Source: Nageia nagi (lineage: Eukaryota; Plantae; Pinophyta). From it: a DNA stretch of 64,000 bases. The position numbers and the translations under genes are program-made. Position 1 is the stretch's first letter. Each line of letters begins with the position of its first letter. Of the stretch, positions 12,181 through 25,617 are shown piece after piece. The stretch is from NCBI GenBank assembly GCA_050084985.1, contig JBITNC010000001.1, positions 70,804,001 to 70,868,000 of the forward strand, given 5' to 3'. Under the pieces are notes generated by a model. The model did not search any database. It had not been told where the DNA came from and worked only from the letters and a program-made list of their open reading frames with translations.

Positions 12181-12369
12181 CCTAATGCACCAACCTACAT
12201 GATGTCAAGGATGTTTCATTAGTGAAAGCTCATTTAAAACACATCCATTTCAAACCCTATCTCATTTCACTTACTCAAACTTGAAACCTTGGTACCAACA
12301 AAGTTGAGGAGAACCAACAATTGTATTCCTTACAACAAATCCACTCAAATTTTAAAAGTAAGAGGTGAA

Positions 12370-13137
12370 AACCCTATTTTTGTTGTATTTACATATTTTA
12401 TAGTCCATGAAATTGTATTTACACCATATAACTTGTCAAATAATTTTTAAGCCTTCTATGTTGTTCCATATTTTGCATACATGTCTACTAGGGCAAACAC
12501 AACAACAACATTCAATGAAAACTGATTTTCAACTACTCTTTGATGGATCTGCATACCTTCTTCTAGAGATCCCATGTCAGATAATTTCTAGGCATTGTGT
12601 ATTCTTTGACATTTTGCATGCATGTCTATCAAGCCACTCACAATAACAACATTTGATGAAAACCCATTTTTATTTACTCTTTGATGGATGTCCATACCTT
12701 CTTCTAGATCTCCCATATGAAATAATTTATGGGAATTCATTATTCTTTGATATTTTGTAAAGATGTCTACTAGGGAAATCTTAACAACAACATTTGATGA
12801 AAACATATTTTCAAGTACTATTTGATATATTTTCTTACCTTCTTCTACAACTCACATGTCAAATAATTTATGGTCCTTTTGTATTCTACAAAATCTTGCA
12901 TACATGTCTACCAGGACACTCATAATAACAATATTATAAAAACCCATTTTCAACTACTCTATAATAGATATTCATGCCTTCTCCTAGACATCCCATGTCA
13001 AATCATTTATAGGCTTTCTATATTCTTCAATATTTTGCATACATGTCCACCAAGGCACTCATAATAACAACATTCAATGAAAACCTATTTTTAGCTACTT
13101 CTTGATCTATGTCCATATTTTCTTCTAGATCTCTCAT
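12370..13137 (-). pseudogene. PLS-class PPR gene fragment amplified as a ~141-bp (47-codon) tandem repeat, about 5 units
   Basis: Minus-strand unit reads MGDLEEGMDIHQRVNKNGFSSNVVIVSGLIDMHAKCQRIHNA*KL(F/S)D. Units recur about every 141 nt (AACAACATT anchors at ~12503, 12645, 12786, 12927, 13066). The last unit runs into KLFDKLYGVNTISWT. Confidence 0.85.
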
Positions 13138-13149
13138 GGTGGCATATAC

Positions 13150-13400
13150 CACTATAAGAAAATTGACCTTTAATGGTGGGTGATTTACAATGTTTCTTTA
13201 ATAGCAATTTTTAACCTTCATTGTATAATAGAATAAAAGATAGTTTATGCGAGTAATTTTGACATCATTATATGGTAGTATATAAGGTGATTTTATACGA
13301 TGTTAATAATCCACCCTAATATATAATAAAATGGTGGTTAAAATGTCATGTAAATTAAATCACCTTAAAAAAGAAAAAGAGTTTGAATGGGTACATTGCA
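13150..13400 (+). mobile_element. Probable CACTA (En/Spm) transposon terminus with subterminal repeats
   Basis: CACTATAAGAAAA at 13150 (cf. CACTACAAGAAAA), followed by decayed direct and inverted subterminal motifs (TTTAATGGTGG, ATGGTGGTTAAAA, AATCACCTTAAA). Opposite end not found. Confidence 0.5.
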
Positions 13401-13552
13401 AAATTTGATGCACATGTACAATTTTGACAAAGATGTCTAAAATTTAGAGAGCGAAGGAGAATAAAAAATCACTCCCACTTTGTCTCCCACTAGGCGATAG
13501 AGTAGTCATCATCATTGCCTATAAAGTGATCAAGGTACGAAGCAAACATCAT

Positions 13553-13620
13553 AGCATTTTGGTGTTAATGCATACTATTTTGGTGTTAATGGCATACTAT
13601 TTTGGTGTTAATACCATTTT
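13553..13620. repeat. 21-22-bp minisatellite (CATACTATTTTGGTGTTAATG), about 3 copies
   Basis: Seen directly. Confidence 0.8.
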
Positions 13621-15100
13621 GGTCTAAACATCCAATATTGGAATTCTTCATGTGGTAGGAAATGCAATAAATATGAGGATAAGAGGGAAAAGGAAGGTGA
13701 GAAGAATAAGGTAGACAACTCCATCACCATTGCAAACTAGTCATGGTACCAAACCACTCTACATTGCAACAATATGGTTTATTGGAATGCTATTTATAAA
13801 CTCTTTTTCTTTATTTAAACACCCAACATGAATAAGAATCTCAACCATACATGTATATAGTGTTGCATTATAGGTTAATGAATTATTAATAACTCTCCAT
13901 TACTAGACCTAGATGGCTATATGTATATAATAGACTAACTATGGTAACCAACCCTTAATAATAGGGTTTATTGGCATGCTATTTATAGATAAAAAATAAT
14001 AGTTTTGTAATATAATAAAGCACTATTTATGTATGATATACTTACTAAGATATAATTGAATATAAGCATATGACTACAGTTTGATCATATACTCCTCTTC
14101 ATTAGATCTAAGACATTAGATCATAAACATGTTCATCATCCATATCTAGCACATCTTGAATTTAGAATCACTATATGAGCACCATAAACTCAACACTTGC
14201 ACAATGTTAACATCGTGAAAGACACAATATCTAATACTCAAATTAAAGAATGCAAAGCATAATAAATAATGGATAACAAATTCTCATATAGATGGTGCTA
14301 CAAAACATCATTTTTGTTCAAATGATGTGATACTCATATGTCATCCTATATGATATCAGATTATCTCATAGAGAATCTTTTTCTTCTAATCTTCTTTTAT
14401 AACAACATCTTAATCCTTTGCTTTTCTTAGAATCTTCATGTATTATATAGCTTATGGTTCATTTCTTGATATTTTACACCACTTACATCATTTGGTGATC
14501 TTTTTACATTAATTACATTATATAGGGTGTATTTTATCCCCTTTTTACAATAATATCCACTAATTCCATAAAAAAATGATTTATTTAATAATTAAGAATT
14601 CATTTTTATGCATCTACATTTTACCCCTCTTTGGAGGTATGATGAAAAGAAGTAGAATTACATGTCAAAAGAAGAACATATAGAAATGTTTTGAAAACTT
14701 TGAACTCTTGTACAATAGATTGAACATTGATGAAGCTCCTTAATTACCCTCTTTTGGCTTGGTTTCCCTAGGAAAGCTCCATGATGGCGTAATCAAGTCA
14801 AAATATTATGGAAAATTGGCATCCTTGCCCCTTGTGATGTGCAAATATGAATGCAGTGGATCCTTTGTGTCTAATACTAGGGGGTCTGATATTCTAGAAT
14901 TTATACAATGATGCAAAGGAGTTATGTGATTTTGAGGGTTTTGCTAGGGAACAAAAAATTGTGTCAATTCCTTAGTTATAGTGCTTTTTACGATATGGAT
15001 GGTATGATTATGATAATATTTTTTGTTGATCTTCATTTATGAACACCTGTAAAAAGATGTTAGATACCTTATAGTACTTGGATACATAACAAGATGCATT

Positions 15101-15456
15101 TTCCATTGAGTATGAATCAATGTTAACATTCCCATTAATAATTGTATCATTGATTTTTTTTAATTGAGTGAACTCTCACTAGTTGTATCATTGGCCATCA
15201 ATGACCTAGCATTTTATGTCCATGGTCCACAAAATTTATGATTTTATGGTTGTAAGCATAACCTATATTTAGATACATAGTGAGATTCATTTTCCATTGA
15301 GTATGAGTCAATTTAAACATCCCCACTAATGGTTGTATCACTGGTTTGCTTTTAAGTGAGTGAACTCTCACTAGTCGTATCATTAGCCATTGACAACATG
15401 AACATTTTATGTCAATGGCTTGCAAACAATATGCTTTTATGGTTGTAAGCAAAACC
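15101..15456. repeat. ~191-bp tandem duplication
   Basis: TTCCATTGAGTATGA...GAGTGAACTCTCACTAGT...TTTTATGGTTGTAAGCA at ~15101 and ~15292. Confidence 0.75.
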
Positions 15457-15618
15457 AAATATGTATTTTTTTTGCATGACTTAGATATCATGGATGTAAA
15501 GGGATGACATCGAAATAGTGCTATAAGTAGTGAAAAATACCAAAAATTAAAATTTAAGGTAATATACATGTACCTCCTTAAGATCCATCATGATATGCGA
15601 GGTACAAGACTATTGCTT

Positions 15619-18600
15619 CATGCGTAGAAGTATTTTAGGTGCATGGTATTGAAGGTTTTTGTTCTCCTTTGCCACCCATTAAAGATAATCTATATGTTTT
15701 TGATCTTGTAGCCTCAACTATAACATATGGTCTCATCCAATTTGGCTTTAATTTCCCTTTTACTTTATCATTTATAGTTGTCTTATCAATGTTTTCTTTT
15801 AGGAACAAGTCTCCTACTTGGAATATTTTTGGCTTGATATTTTTCTCAAATTATATTTTTAGCCTTACATGGTATGCTTTCTGTTGTTTGATAGCATGTA
15901 TCCTCCTTTCATATTCTAATTATTTATATTTAGCCTTCCTTTCTTCTTCATCTAATATATCTCCTTGGAGTGAGATTCTCAAAGATGGTATCTCTAACTC
16001 AAGTGGTACAACAACCTCATCACCATAAACTAATAAAAATGGAGATTCCCTAGTAGCAATTCTAACACTTGTTCTATATGCCTAAAGTGTATAAGGTAAT
16101 TGCTCATGCTAATCTATTTTGTATCTATCCCATGTTTTTGATAAAATACTTTTGATTATCTTATTTTATGATTCAACTTTAACATTTATTTGAGTATATC
16201 AAACATAAGAAAAATTTTGAGTAATATGAAACTTCTAGCAAAAGGCTTTCATATCCTCACCTTTAAAATTAGGCCCATTATCTATGATTAACTATTATTG
16301 AACACCAACCCTTTTGATGATATTTTCAACCAGGAACTTGATAATATTTTCTTATTTTACTTACTTCATTCATACAACTTATACCCATTTCATAGTGTAT
16401 TATATGGATGTGATGATGAATTTATTCCCATCTCTTGATTAGGGATTGATCAAGCCAATTAAATCAATGCCCTAAATTGCAAAAGGTCATGGTGAAACAA
16501 CCATATTGAGATATTGTGTTAGTGTATTCTCTATATTAGAATGCTTTTGGTATTGAAGGTAACTTTTTACATGACTCTTGCAATCTTCTTCCTTGGATGG
16601 CTAATAATATCCTATATGCAAGAGATTAGTATACAATGCTTTTGCAAATAAATGACCCCATATAGACCTTCATGTGCTTATTCAAGTTTTTTTGTAGTTT
16701 CATGGTGTGTAAGTGTAGACTCTAAATTATTTAAAATACAAATATATATAATAAATAAAATGATCTACAATATAAGAAGAACTAGATATGTACACTATTT
16801 AGATACAATAAATATACATGAAAGCATGCACTTGATATGAAGTGTATGTACAATCCTTGAAAGAAGATAGCAATGAATCTTCAAAGGATTGGGATTGGAT
16901 TGGAGGTGAGCTCATGATGGATCTTTGTATGTACGAATCAATAGTCTTTTCCATTGAAATTTGAAACCTTCAATCTAAAAGATGCATGTCACTAACGGCC
17001 TAAGAGAAACATGTCACTGACGATCTAAGAGAAGCACACCATTAACTACATAGGATATTTTGAATTATGTCATGCATAAAAGATAGAAAGTATCAGAGCT
17101 TAGATTATAATAATTTCTCATAATAGGTGGCATCAAGAGATATCATTGCTTGATGAAGATTGCAAAAGATAACCACCTATCAAAGATCTTATCATATTAA
17201 AGAGTTTTGATCTATGGAGGTCAACCTATTCCACTTGAATATATAGCTTGCAAGGACATATAAAGGAGTGAAGGAAAACCTCTACAAATAATATAAACTT
17301 TGTTATATTCAAGATACTTTAAAATATAAACCATGATAAATGATATAGCATTTAATATAACACAGGGCATTGCATTGTAATTCAACTTTATCTTGACATA
17401 GGCAATATTGCATTAAGTCATTTAGGAAGTCTAAATATGATTTATTAAATAAATAATAAATCATTTTTAGGTGTATACAATAAGGCATCTCAAAAGTGCT
17501 CCATCAAATGATCTTCTATATAATACTTTGTTAATAATAACCTAGTTAAGGGCTATCATTGTCAACCTTATTTTCTCATTTCTATCAAAATGTTGAGGAA
17601 TTGTTTGATCTTTTAAGTATTGATAAATGTTAGCACACCTTGATGGAGTAATTTCTTCTTATGTAACACAACATACCTCTAAATCATTGTGACTATCCAT
17701 ATAAGATGGCATGTTTAGGTATTTCATTTTGAGGATTGTTTCTTAACATTCTATCTCAGTGGGAGATAAAATAGAAACACTTGCCATTGCATCTGCATAT
17801 CTATTATTTTTTTTTGGAATATTTTCAATAGTGTAACTATCAAATTGATGAAGAAACTTCATAACTAATAATTTTTATGGGTGTAATTTCTCATATTTTA
17901 TATTATATAAATCATTAACTTGGTTAATGATAAGCTATGCATCATCATATATCTAAAAATATTTTATTTTTAGAAGAATAATAACTTTCAAACCCAAGAT
18001 CAATGCTTAATATTATACCATATAATTAGTACACTCAGATCCAAGATTGTATGCCATAAGAATAACATCATTTGAAGGTTAAACCAATATAATACTTTCC
18101 CCTTCTCTATATGTGCACTATGAACCATCAAAATACAACATACAAGCCTTGGGTTCATCTTCTATGAAGCATAAAAATTTATTTGGGATCTTCCACCTAT
18201 CTCTGTAATGGCATGGGAACTCTCCTCCATGAAGTCCACATTGTAGTAGTGGATCATACTAATCATAATCATTTGGAAACTCTTCATGGATAACAACTCC
18301 ATCATTCTAGGGGAAATATGCAATGAGATCTGTAATTTTTTGACCTTTTATAGATTTTTGCTTTACCATATTTATGTCAAATTATTCTAATAACATCAAC
18401 CATTTTACTATTCTTCCTAAGAGGTGCTACTTAGATATGAGGTATTTATGTGGATTTATAGAACTAATAAAATATGTAATGCAATATAAAAGATAATGAC
18501 TCAATATTTTAGTAGCAAATACAATACCAAAGTAAAGCTTTTCCATGGAAGTGTACCTTATTTCATATTCTAAGAGAGTATTACTAATATAGTAGATGGA

Positions 18601-21431
18601 TCTTTCTTTATTCTCATCATCTTGTTGATACACCATTGTCCCCAAGGTATACATTGTGGTTGATATATATAGATACACTTCATTGCAAAAATCCATGGGA
18701 ACCAGTATGGGAGGATTAAGTAGGTACTGCTTTATATCTTCAAATGCCTTTTAACACTTATCATCCCACATAAATTTCACATCCTTATTTAATAAATACA
18801 TAAATGGCATGCATTTATCACCAAGCTAATAAATCAATATTCTTATAAAATTGATCTTAACTTGTAGGTTTTTTAGCTATTTGATATTTTTAGGAGGTGG
18901 CATGCTAATAATGAATTTTGCCTTTTTAGGGTCTACTTCAATTCCTCTTTTTGAAACCATGAAGCCTAACAATTTTCTTGAAGTAACACCAAAAATAAAT
19001 TTTTGAGGTTTCAATCTAATCTTATATTTTTTTAGAATGCCAAATACCTCTTCTAGAAGCTACAAATGATCCTACCCTTACTTTGATTTGATTAAGATTT
19101 CATAAACATACACCTCAATTGATTTGTGAATAAGGTCATGAAACATAGTACCCATTGCACATTGATAAGTTGTTCCTATATTTTTTAGGCCAAAAGGCAT
19201 AACCTTACAATAAAAATTACCTCATGGTTAAGTAAAAGTTTTCTTATGTTGATCAATTAAATTAATTAGAATCTAATTTATCCCAAGAATCCATCCATAA
19301 AAGATAAAATATCATGACCAACAATACTATCTATAATCATATCAATTTTTGGTAATGAGAAAATATCTTTTTTACAAGCATTATTAATACCTCTAAAATC
19401 AATACAAATTCTTATCTCTCTAATAGGTTTAGTGATAGGAACAATATTAGCCATCCATTTTGAATAATCTATAGGACTAATGAAACTAACATTCAAGTAT
19501 TTTTCAATCTTTTTCTTGACTAATAATGCCTTAAACTAATGCATCTTTTTTGGTTTTTGCTTAACATGTTTTTCTCCTTTTTTGAGTGGTAAAGTATGCA
19601 TGACAAAAGATGGATCCAAACCTGACATATCTAAATAAGACCATGCAAAATTCTTGTTATATTCAATAAACTTATTTTTGTACTTTTCATGTTGTTGTAT
19701 AGGAAAGGAAAATCTAATCTTGATCATCCTTTCTTGGTCACTTGTTCCAATATTGACATCAGTTAGTTCTTCAATAAAAAAATCCAACTCATCTTTCTTT
19801 TATAAAAAAGAAGGTAACTCTTCTAATCATGGAACATCATGGACTTCATCCTTTTTATCATCACCTAATTGTACTTAATAAAGCTCATTAAATTTTACCT
19901 CTTGCCCAAAATAACCATGTTGGATAAAAACATAATTTGGTTTCCTTTTTATATTTGACTTGGGAAACTCAGAATGTGCCCCCATGTATTCTAGGAGATC
20001 GTCACCAGTATCAAAAAACTTAAACTCAAGAGGAATAATATCATCAATTCATAATTCTTCATCAATATCATTACAAAGGTCTATCATGGTACATTTTGGA
20101 TAAATTTTATAGGTCTTGATTTTGTCTAAGTATTTTGATCACTACTCAACCCTTTTTTTTTAATCTTTTTGAGATCCTAAATCAGTAGGAAAAGAAGGAA
20201 TCCCTTATTCTAACTTTATTAATCCTCCTCCTTTATAATAACATTTTTATGTCATGTACTTTTTTACAAAATGATATGGAAAAATAGTACAATTATTACC
20301 TAGATTTTTCATCATAGTTTCATCCTTTATTAGATCAGGAGTAGGAGAAAGAGACACTATGGAGAAATAATCACCTAACTATCTCTCATTATCATGACAT
20401 GGACACCCCTAAACATGGTGTGGGCATTGTTTAAAATATACTATTTTTGGTCATCCAAGATATTTTATAGAGGCTAATGGATCTAGGTTCTGAATTCTGT
20501 ACATTCCCATATCCAAATATGTAATCTAGATTTATGTATCTTATTTGATTAATGTTGACTAGATTTTGCTTAGAGTGACATTAAATAAGTTAGCATGATG
20601 CATTTCTAATCCTTCAGTATCCAAATCTACTAATTTACATAGTGAATAAAGCTCAACATCCCTAAGTACTATGTGTATCTATGTTTCATATTCAAATTTC
20701 AAATGACCATGCATTATAGAAGGTACTGCATCCATATCATGAAGCTAAGGTCTCCCTAGTAGCAAATTGTAAGAAAGTTCACCACTTATAAAAACAAGTT
20801 TCAACAAATCATAGGTCTAGTGTGACTAGAAGGAAAATTAAACCAAGGGGTATTTTGGATGAACTGTCAAAAGCTCTAATAGAAAAGGTTGGTTCATCCA
20901 TGGAGGGAATTTGAACATCATTATTTTGAAGATCTTGCACAAAATTTTGATAATATACATTCACAGCTGACCTGACATCTACCATTGATCTTTTGATTTC
21001 CTAACCATGTATCATAGGTGTTAAGAAAAGGGATAGACATTCGAAAATAAATTTTTTTTATCAAGGTTTTCAGATTTGGAAAGTGATTCTATCTCTTTCT
21101 TGAAGGGATTTAATTTTTTCAGAAAATGAAGTAGCAAAGATATTTGTAGGGATATTTTATTTTTTGAACAATTCATATAGGATCCCTTTATATTTTTTTG
21201 ATATACTAATAACATCATATAAACTAATTTTTATAGGAGTGGTTTTCAATTGTTTTATCATACTATAAGCTTCAAGATATGGTGGAAGACTTAATTTTTT
21301 AGTAGTGACTAGATTTGGGATAGATCTTGGACACCCATATGAATTGTAACAAAAATTTCTTCTTCCATTGATATGGTGTTAACCTCTTAATTCTTTGAAG
21401 GAAACATTCTCATTTACCTCATACTTTCCTT
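15619..21431 (-). mobile_element. Decayed Ty3/Gypsy Tat-clade pol region (protease, G-patch, RT, RNase H, archaeal RNase H, integrase); outer host of the nest
   Basis: Protease SMVDVRSAVNV ~20990. G-patch-like YYKGGGL..E*GI...KKGL ~20265-20145. RT: FAWSYLDMSGLDP, WMANIVPITK, IRICIDFRGINNAC, LSFMDGF. RNase H: IYYISNTLLEYEIRYTSMEKL. aRH LYFDGS ~18140. Integrase AHEGL..., GYYWP-like, ending INTMHLKYFYA* at 15619. No 3' LTR recognised. Confidence 0.88.
16714..17479. mobile_element. Solo LTR (766 bp) inserted in the host integrase N-terminal region
   Basis: Ends TGTAGACTCTAAA...TTTAGGTGTATACA form an imperfect inverted repeat; TSD GTAAG/ATAAG; removing it restores host reading LLRCLTHHETTKKLE*AHEG. 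Confidence 0.8.
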
Positions 21432-21935
21432 TGTAGACACCAAAAAATAACACTTTTTGAATAAAATGAGTTAATTGCATTGATATTCTTAATTCATACT
21501 ATTTTTTTATTTCTAATATATTAATGATCAAAAAGCAAATATTCTAAAGAGCTAAATATTTCCTAAAAAGCTAGAATATTTCAAAAGGAGCTAAAATGAC
21601 TTGAAAGTTAAATAAAGTGCAAAAGTGGGTATCTAGACATATTAAACTTAAGTTGTAAAAGAAGTAAAAGACATAATGCAAAATTAGAATTTGAGTGTCT
21701 TACTCATTATTGCTATTTCTTACTTATGCTTTATTCCCTTAATTGTGCTCCAAGAACAAGCTAGGGTTTGAAGATAGGTTTTTAAAGAATTCAAGGGTTT
21801 ACACTCTAAATTCTCCATAAAATCTCTTAAAGATACTTCCTATGGATGATTGGTGACTTTTTCATGGTGAATTTATGATCTATTATACACTATATTGTAA
21901 ATATTATTGTATTCTCAAGGTTTTGTTAGGTTTGA

Positions 21936-23737
21936 TGATGATAAATAATAATAAAATACCTTTTTAAGGTATCTAAGATAAAATAATGCTTTAGACACAT
22001 TTAGTTAAGGTCCTTTAATATTTACGGTTATCTTGTAATATTGTGTACTCAATACCATGGTATTCATTGTAATCTTGCCTATTTATAGGCTTCTCTTTGT
22101 AATAAAATATATTTTGGATTTTAATTACATATCATTGGTATAAGAGCATTATTTTTACGCTGCTTCCTTGCTCTTAGATTTCCTTATGTGAGATTTGAGG
22201 GGGGATTGGATCCATGCCAATATCACCCACCCCTACATCTTCCTCTCTATGCATTGAGTTTTTGGTAATTCACATTTGAAGGTTCTTGCTTCATTGTTGA
22301 GATTGGCCCAAACCAATCACCAATCCCCCCCTCACCTCCATTTTTTTTCCAACTACATTTTGGTGATGATAAAACATAAAGGTCCTATACTAATCCAAAT
22401 GGGATGAAATTTTGTATGTGCATTATACACATCTAGGCCTTTCCAATGGTATAAAGAAAATGGAAAAAAAGAGCTCTAGATAAATAGTTTTGTCTTCTAC
22501 AAGTTGCCTATTATTTTAGGGACCGCAACTACATTTTTTTAGGGGGATATAATTGGATAAAATGTAATGGGTGATTTTAGCCCATGGTTTTATGCTCATT
22601 GAGGGTATTAAAATTTGTCCTCCATTCCTATGGTTGGAGCCCTTTTTGATGCTAACTCATCATTTGTTGGCATCCATTTAGCATCATGGCCAATTCAAAA
22701 TTGTAATTATTTGGATAATTTACAATTTTGAAGGAGTTTTTGTTATAACGTCTTTCTCAGAACTTCATTTGGAATGCTATCTATTTTGTTGGCTTTATCA
22801 CTTCAAGATCTTTGTAACAATTAGTTACATGGCATATTTTGCCTCTTTTTTTGGTGTGACTTCCATTCTTATACGGTGGGTCTCTTTCATTAATTATTTT
22901 TCATTGATCAATGACATCTTAATAATGTTGTATCTTCATCATCCAAAGTTTGATTTTGGATTTATATGAAGCATTGGTATTCAAATTTTGAGCTCTTCCT
23001 TTTACCTCAATTTTAATCATCAAAGAAAATTTTATGCCCTAGTTTCAATTTGAGGGACTCTTTTTGCATGCTTCCTTTGGTAGATTGGCTCTATTTTCAA
23101 GATAATTATTCTTCAAACCATTTTGATGCTTCTTTGATTCAAATATTCTTGTAGTGTTATATTGGTTCTTTTAAGAATTAAATTATTTATTGGGATTCTT
23201 TTTTATACTATCACCATTATTCATTAGGCATTGCATAACATATGCATTGGGTACTTTATCGCTTGGAGTTGTAGTTTGGTTCTACCATGGTCCATCATTC
23301 CTTGAACTTTTTTATGGTTACTCTTGAGGAGAAAAGATTCATAGTCAAATTTCCAGCAATTCCATGGTCATCATTTTTGCTCTCCTACACTTATTCATAT
23401 TTCAACTTTGGAGATTGTATCGACATCAACCACTTTGTATCTTGATCATTTGGGTTTTCTTCTCAACCCTCCTCCTACGCTTTGGGGACCAAAGCTCTTA
23501 TTTTTGGGAGGAATGATGAGGAATAATAATATAAATAATAATGAAATACCTTTCTAAGGTACCTAGGATAAAATAATGCTTTAGACATATTTAGTTAAGG
23601 TCCTTTATTATTTACAATTATTTTGTAATATCATGTCCTTAATACTGTGTGTATAATACCATGATATTAATTATAATCTTGCCTATTTATAGGGTTCTCT
23701 TTGTATTAAAATATATTTAGATTTTAATTACATATCA
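21936..23737 (+). mobile_element. Non-autonomous short-LTR retroelement (TRIM-like, 1802 bp)
   Basis: LTRs 21936-22134 and 23514-23737 (TG...CA); PBS TGGTATAAGAGC 22136-22147 (tRNA-iMet, 1 mismatch); PPT GGGAGGAA 23506-23513; perfect TSD TTTGA; no recognisable gag/pol in the 1.38-kb interior. Confidence 0.87.
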
Positions 23738-25617
23738 TTTGAAGTCACTCTCACCATGGAAAAGATTTAGATTATCAACATTTGTATCCTCCACCAAAAT
23801 TGAGTGCATGTAGCATATTATGTAGGCTAAATCTTAAAATAATTACATTTTAATCAAAATTCATCATACTTGCTCCATTATAATAATATATTTATGATGT
23901 AGTTGCATTATTATCTTTGTGGGTATCCTTGGATCCTTGGGATGTAAGAATCTTTAACATTCTTAGGGTTTGAAATATAATTATTCTTAGATTTCATAAA
24001 TACTCACAAAGATCAACTTTGATTATTTAATTACACCATTAAAATTGTCTAAAGAACATATAGACATACACACTTTGCACAATAGGCTTCCCTAATTTTA
24101 TTGTATTCATTGATTGGAGGCTAGGGGGCTCACATTGCCTTTAGGAGCGAGATAACTCACTACAATCTAATTTAGGTTCCTTAAGGGGCCTAAATTGGAG
24201 GTCCCCTACCTTGGATAGATGCATTTAGGTCTCTTTATCATTATTATCGAGTCCTAAAGTATACTTTAAATATTAAAGCATATCTTTACCATAATCTTTC
24301 ATCATCAAAATTAAGGAAATTATAAGTTATGTGTAATCTTTAAAATCTTGTGTGTGCTAATATATTATGCATGTTTATGTTGGAATGTATAATGCATTAT
24401 TGTAAAGTTTTTGTAATAATTTTCTTTGTAAATTCACTAATACTTAATGGTATCATTAGATAAATTAAGTATTTAAATAAATATGATAATTTAACTTGTC
24501 CTAAACTCCATGTCATGAGCATGCCCCTTGTGGTAAAAGGGAGTAGCATGTCATGCCTTTGTACAATGGTTAAAAGGGTGATCCAAAGGGGGATTTTGGC
24601 CTAGAAATAGAAGACCTCCCTTTGAGATCACTCACCAATTTGTGAAGTAAAGTTATGCTCTTGGATAGTGTTTAAGAGATGAAATTAGGAGGATTGTAAG
24701 AGAATTGTCTTTGTGAATGAAGTAAGATCTAGTTAGTGGATGTACTCCCAGTTGGAGGAACCACTTTACATATTGAGTTATCTTATGAGAGTGTTTATGC
24801 TTTAGAATAATGTTGAATGTGTGAGCTTTCATATAATCTTGGTCACTTAGGATTATTTTAGTTTTAGTTCAATCCCTTCATATGGTATCAGAGCCTATTT
24901 GAAGGTTCCTCTTCAACACTTTTGGAGCTCCTATTCCTTCAACTTGGAGGTCTTATTCCTTCATTTTTGAAGTCTTGTTGAGGTAAAATCAAGACAAGGT
25001 ATAAATTCCTTCCTTATTGGTCATTTGTTTGGATTATTTCATTGTGATACTAACGTAATTTGTGAGATGTGTTAGTACATTTTTATGATTAAAATGATGC
25101 AATTTGCATATTTTTACTAACCCTTTTTAATAGCAATTTTTTATATATTGCTTAGCATATATTGCTATTTATTTTTTATAATAAAAAGGAGGGTTTAGTA
25201 TACAAAAATTGCATTATTTGAAATAATACTCTATCTCTTTGAGAATTTGTTTTCTTACTAAGCTCAAAATAAAAAAAGGGTAGGGAGAATATTGAAGTTT
25301 AAATGTTATAGGGTATTTTTATTTCAAAATGTGTTATATTAAATAAAAAAAAAGGATAAATTTTTTCTAACAACAAAAAGATATTTGTATTTCAAAAATA
25401 GAGGAGGGAAGTATGTACAAAAAAATCTCATCTTTCATTTCTTGGACAAGTTATCTAAACCCTTCTTTTTTCATAGATTTGTACATATGTTTGTGAAGTA
25501 TTTTTTTTAAATGGATGGGGGGGTCTGATACAAGTATGAACCCTTTAAATGCTAAACATGGGCTTATCAAAGATCTGCTCAACCCTTTTTTTGTAAGGTT
25601 TTAAGTGAGGAGATTTG

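Noticed and set aside
12407-13064. Functional PPR gene, or the plus-strand ORFs over this region
   Set aside because: In-frame stops and frameshifts, missing P motifs and no E/DYW domain; the plus-strand ORFs are antisense shadows.
23511-23570. Hammerhead-ribozyme-like string in the short LTRs (TGATGA...GAAA-TACCTT hairpin, followed by TC in the 5' LTR), suggesting a retrozyme
   Set aside because: The conserved C of CUGAUGA is absent, the segment between TGATGA and GAAA cannot form stem II, and there is no stem I partner. TGATGA is simply the LTR start.
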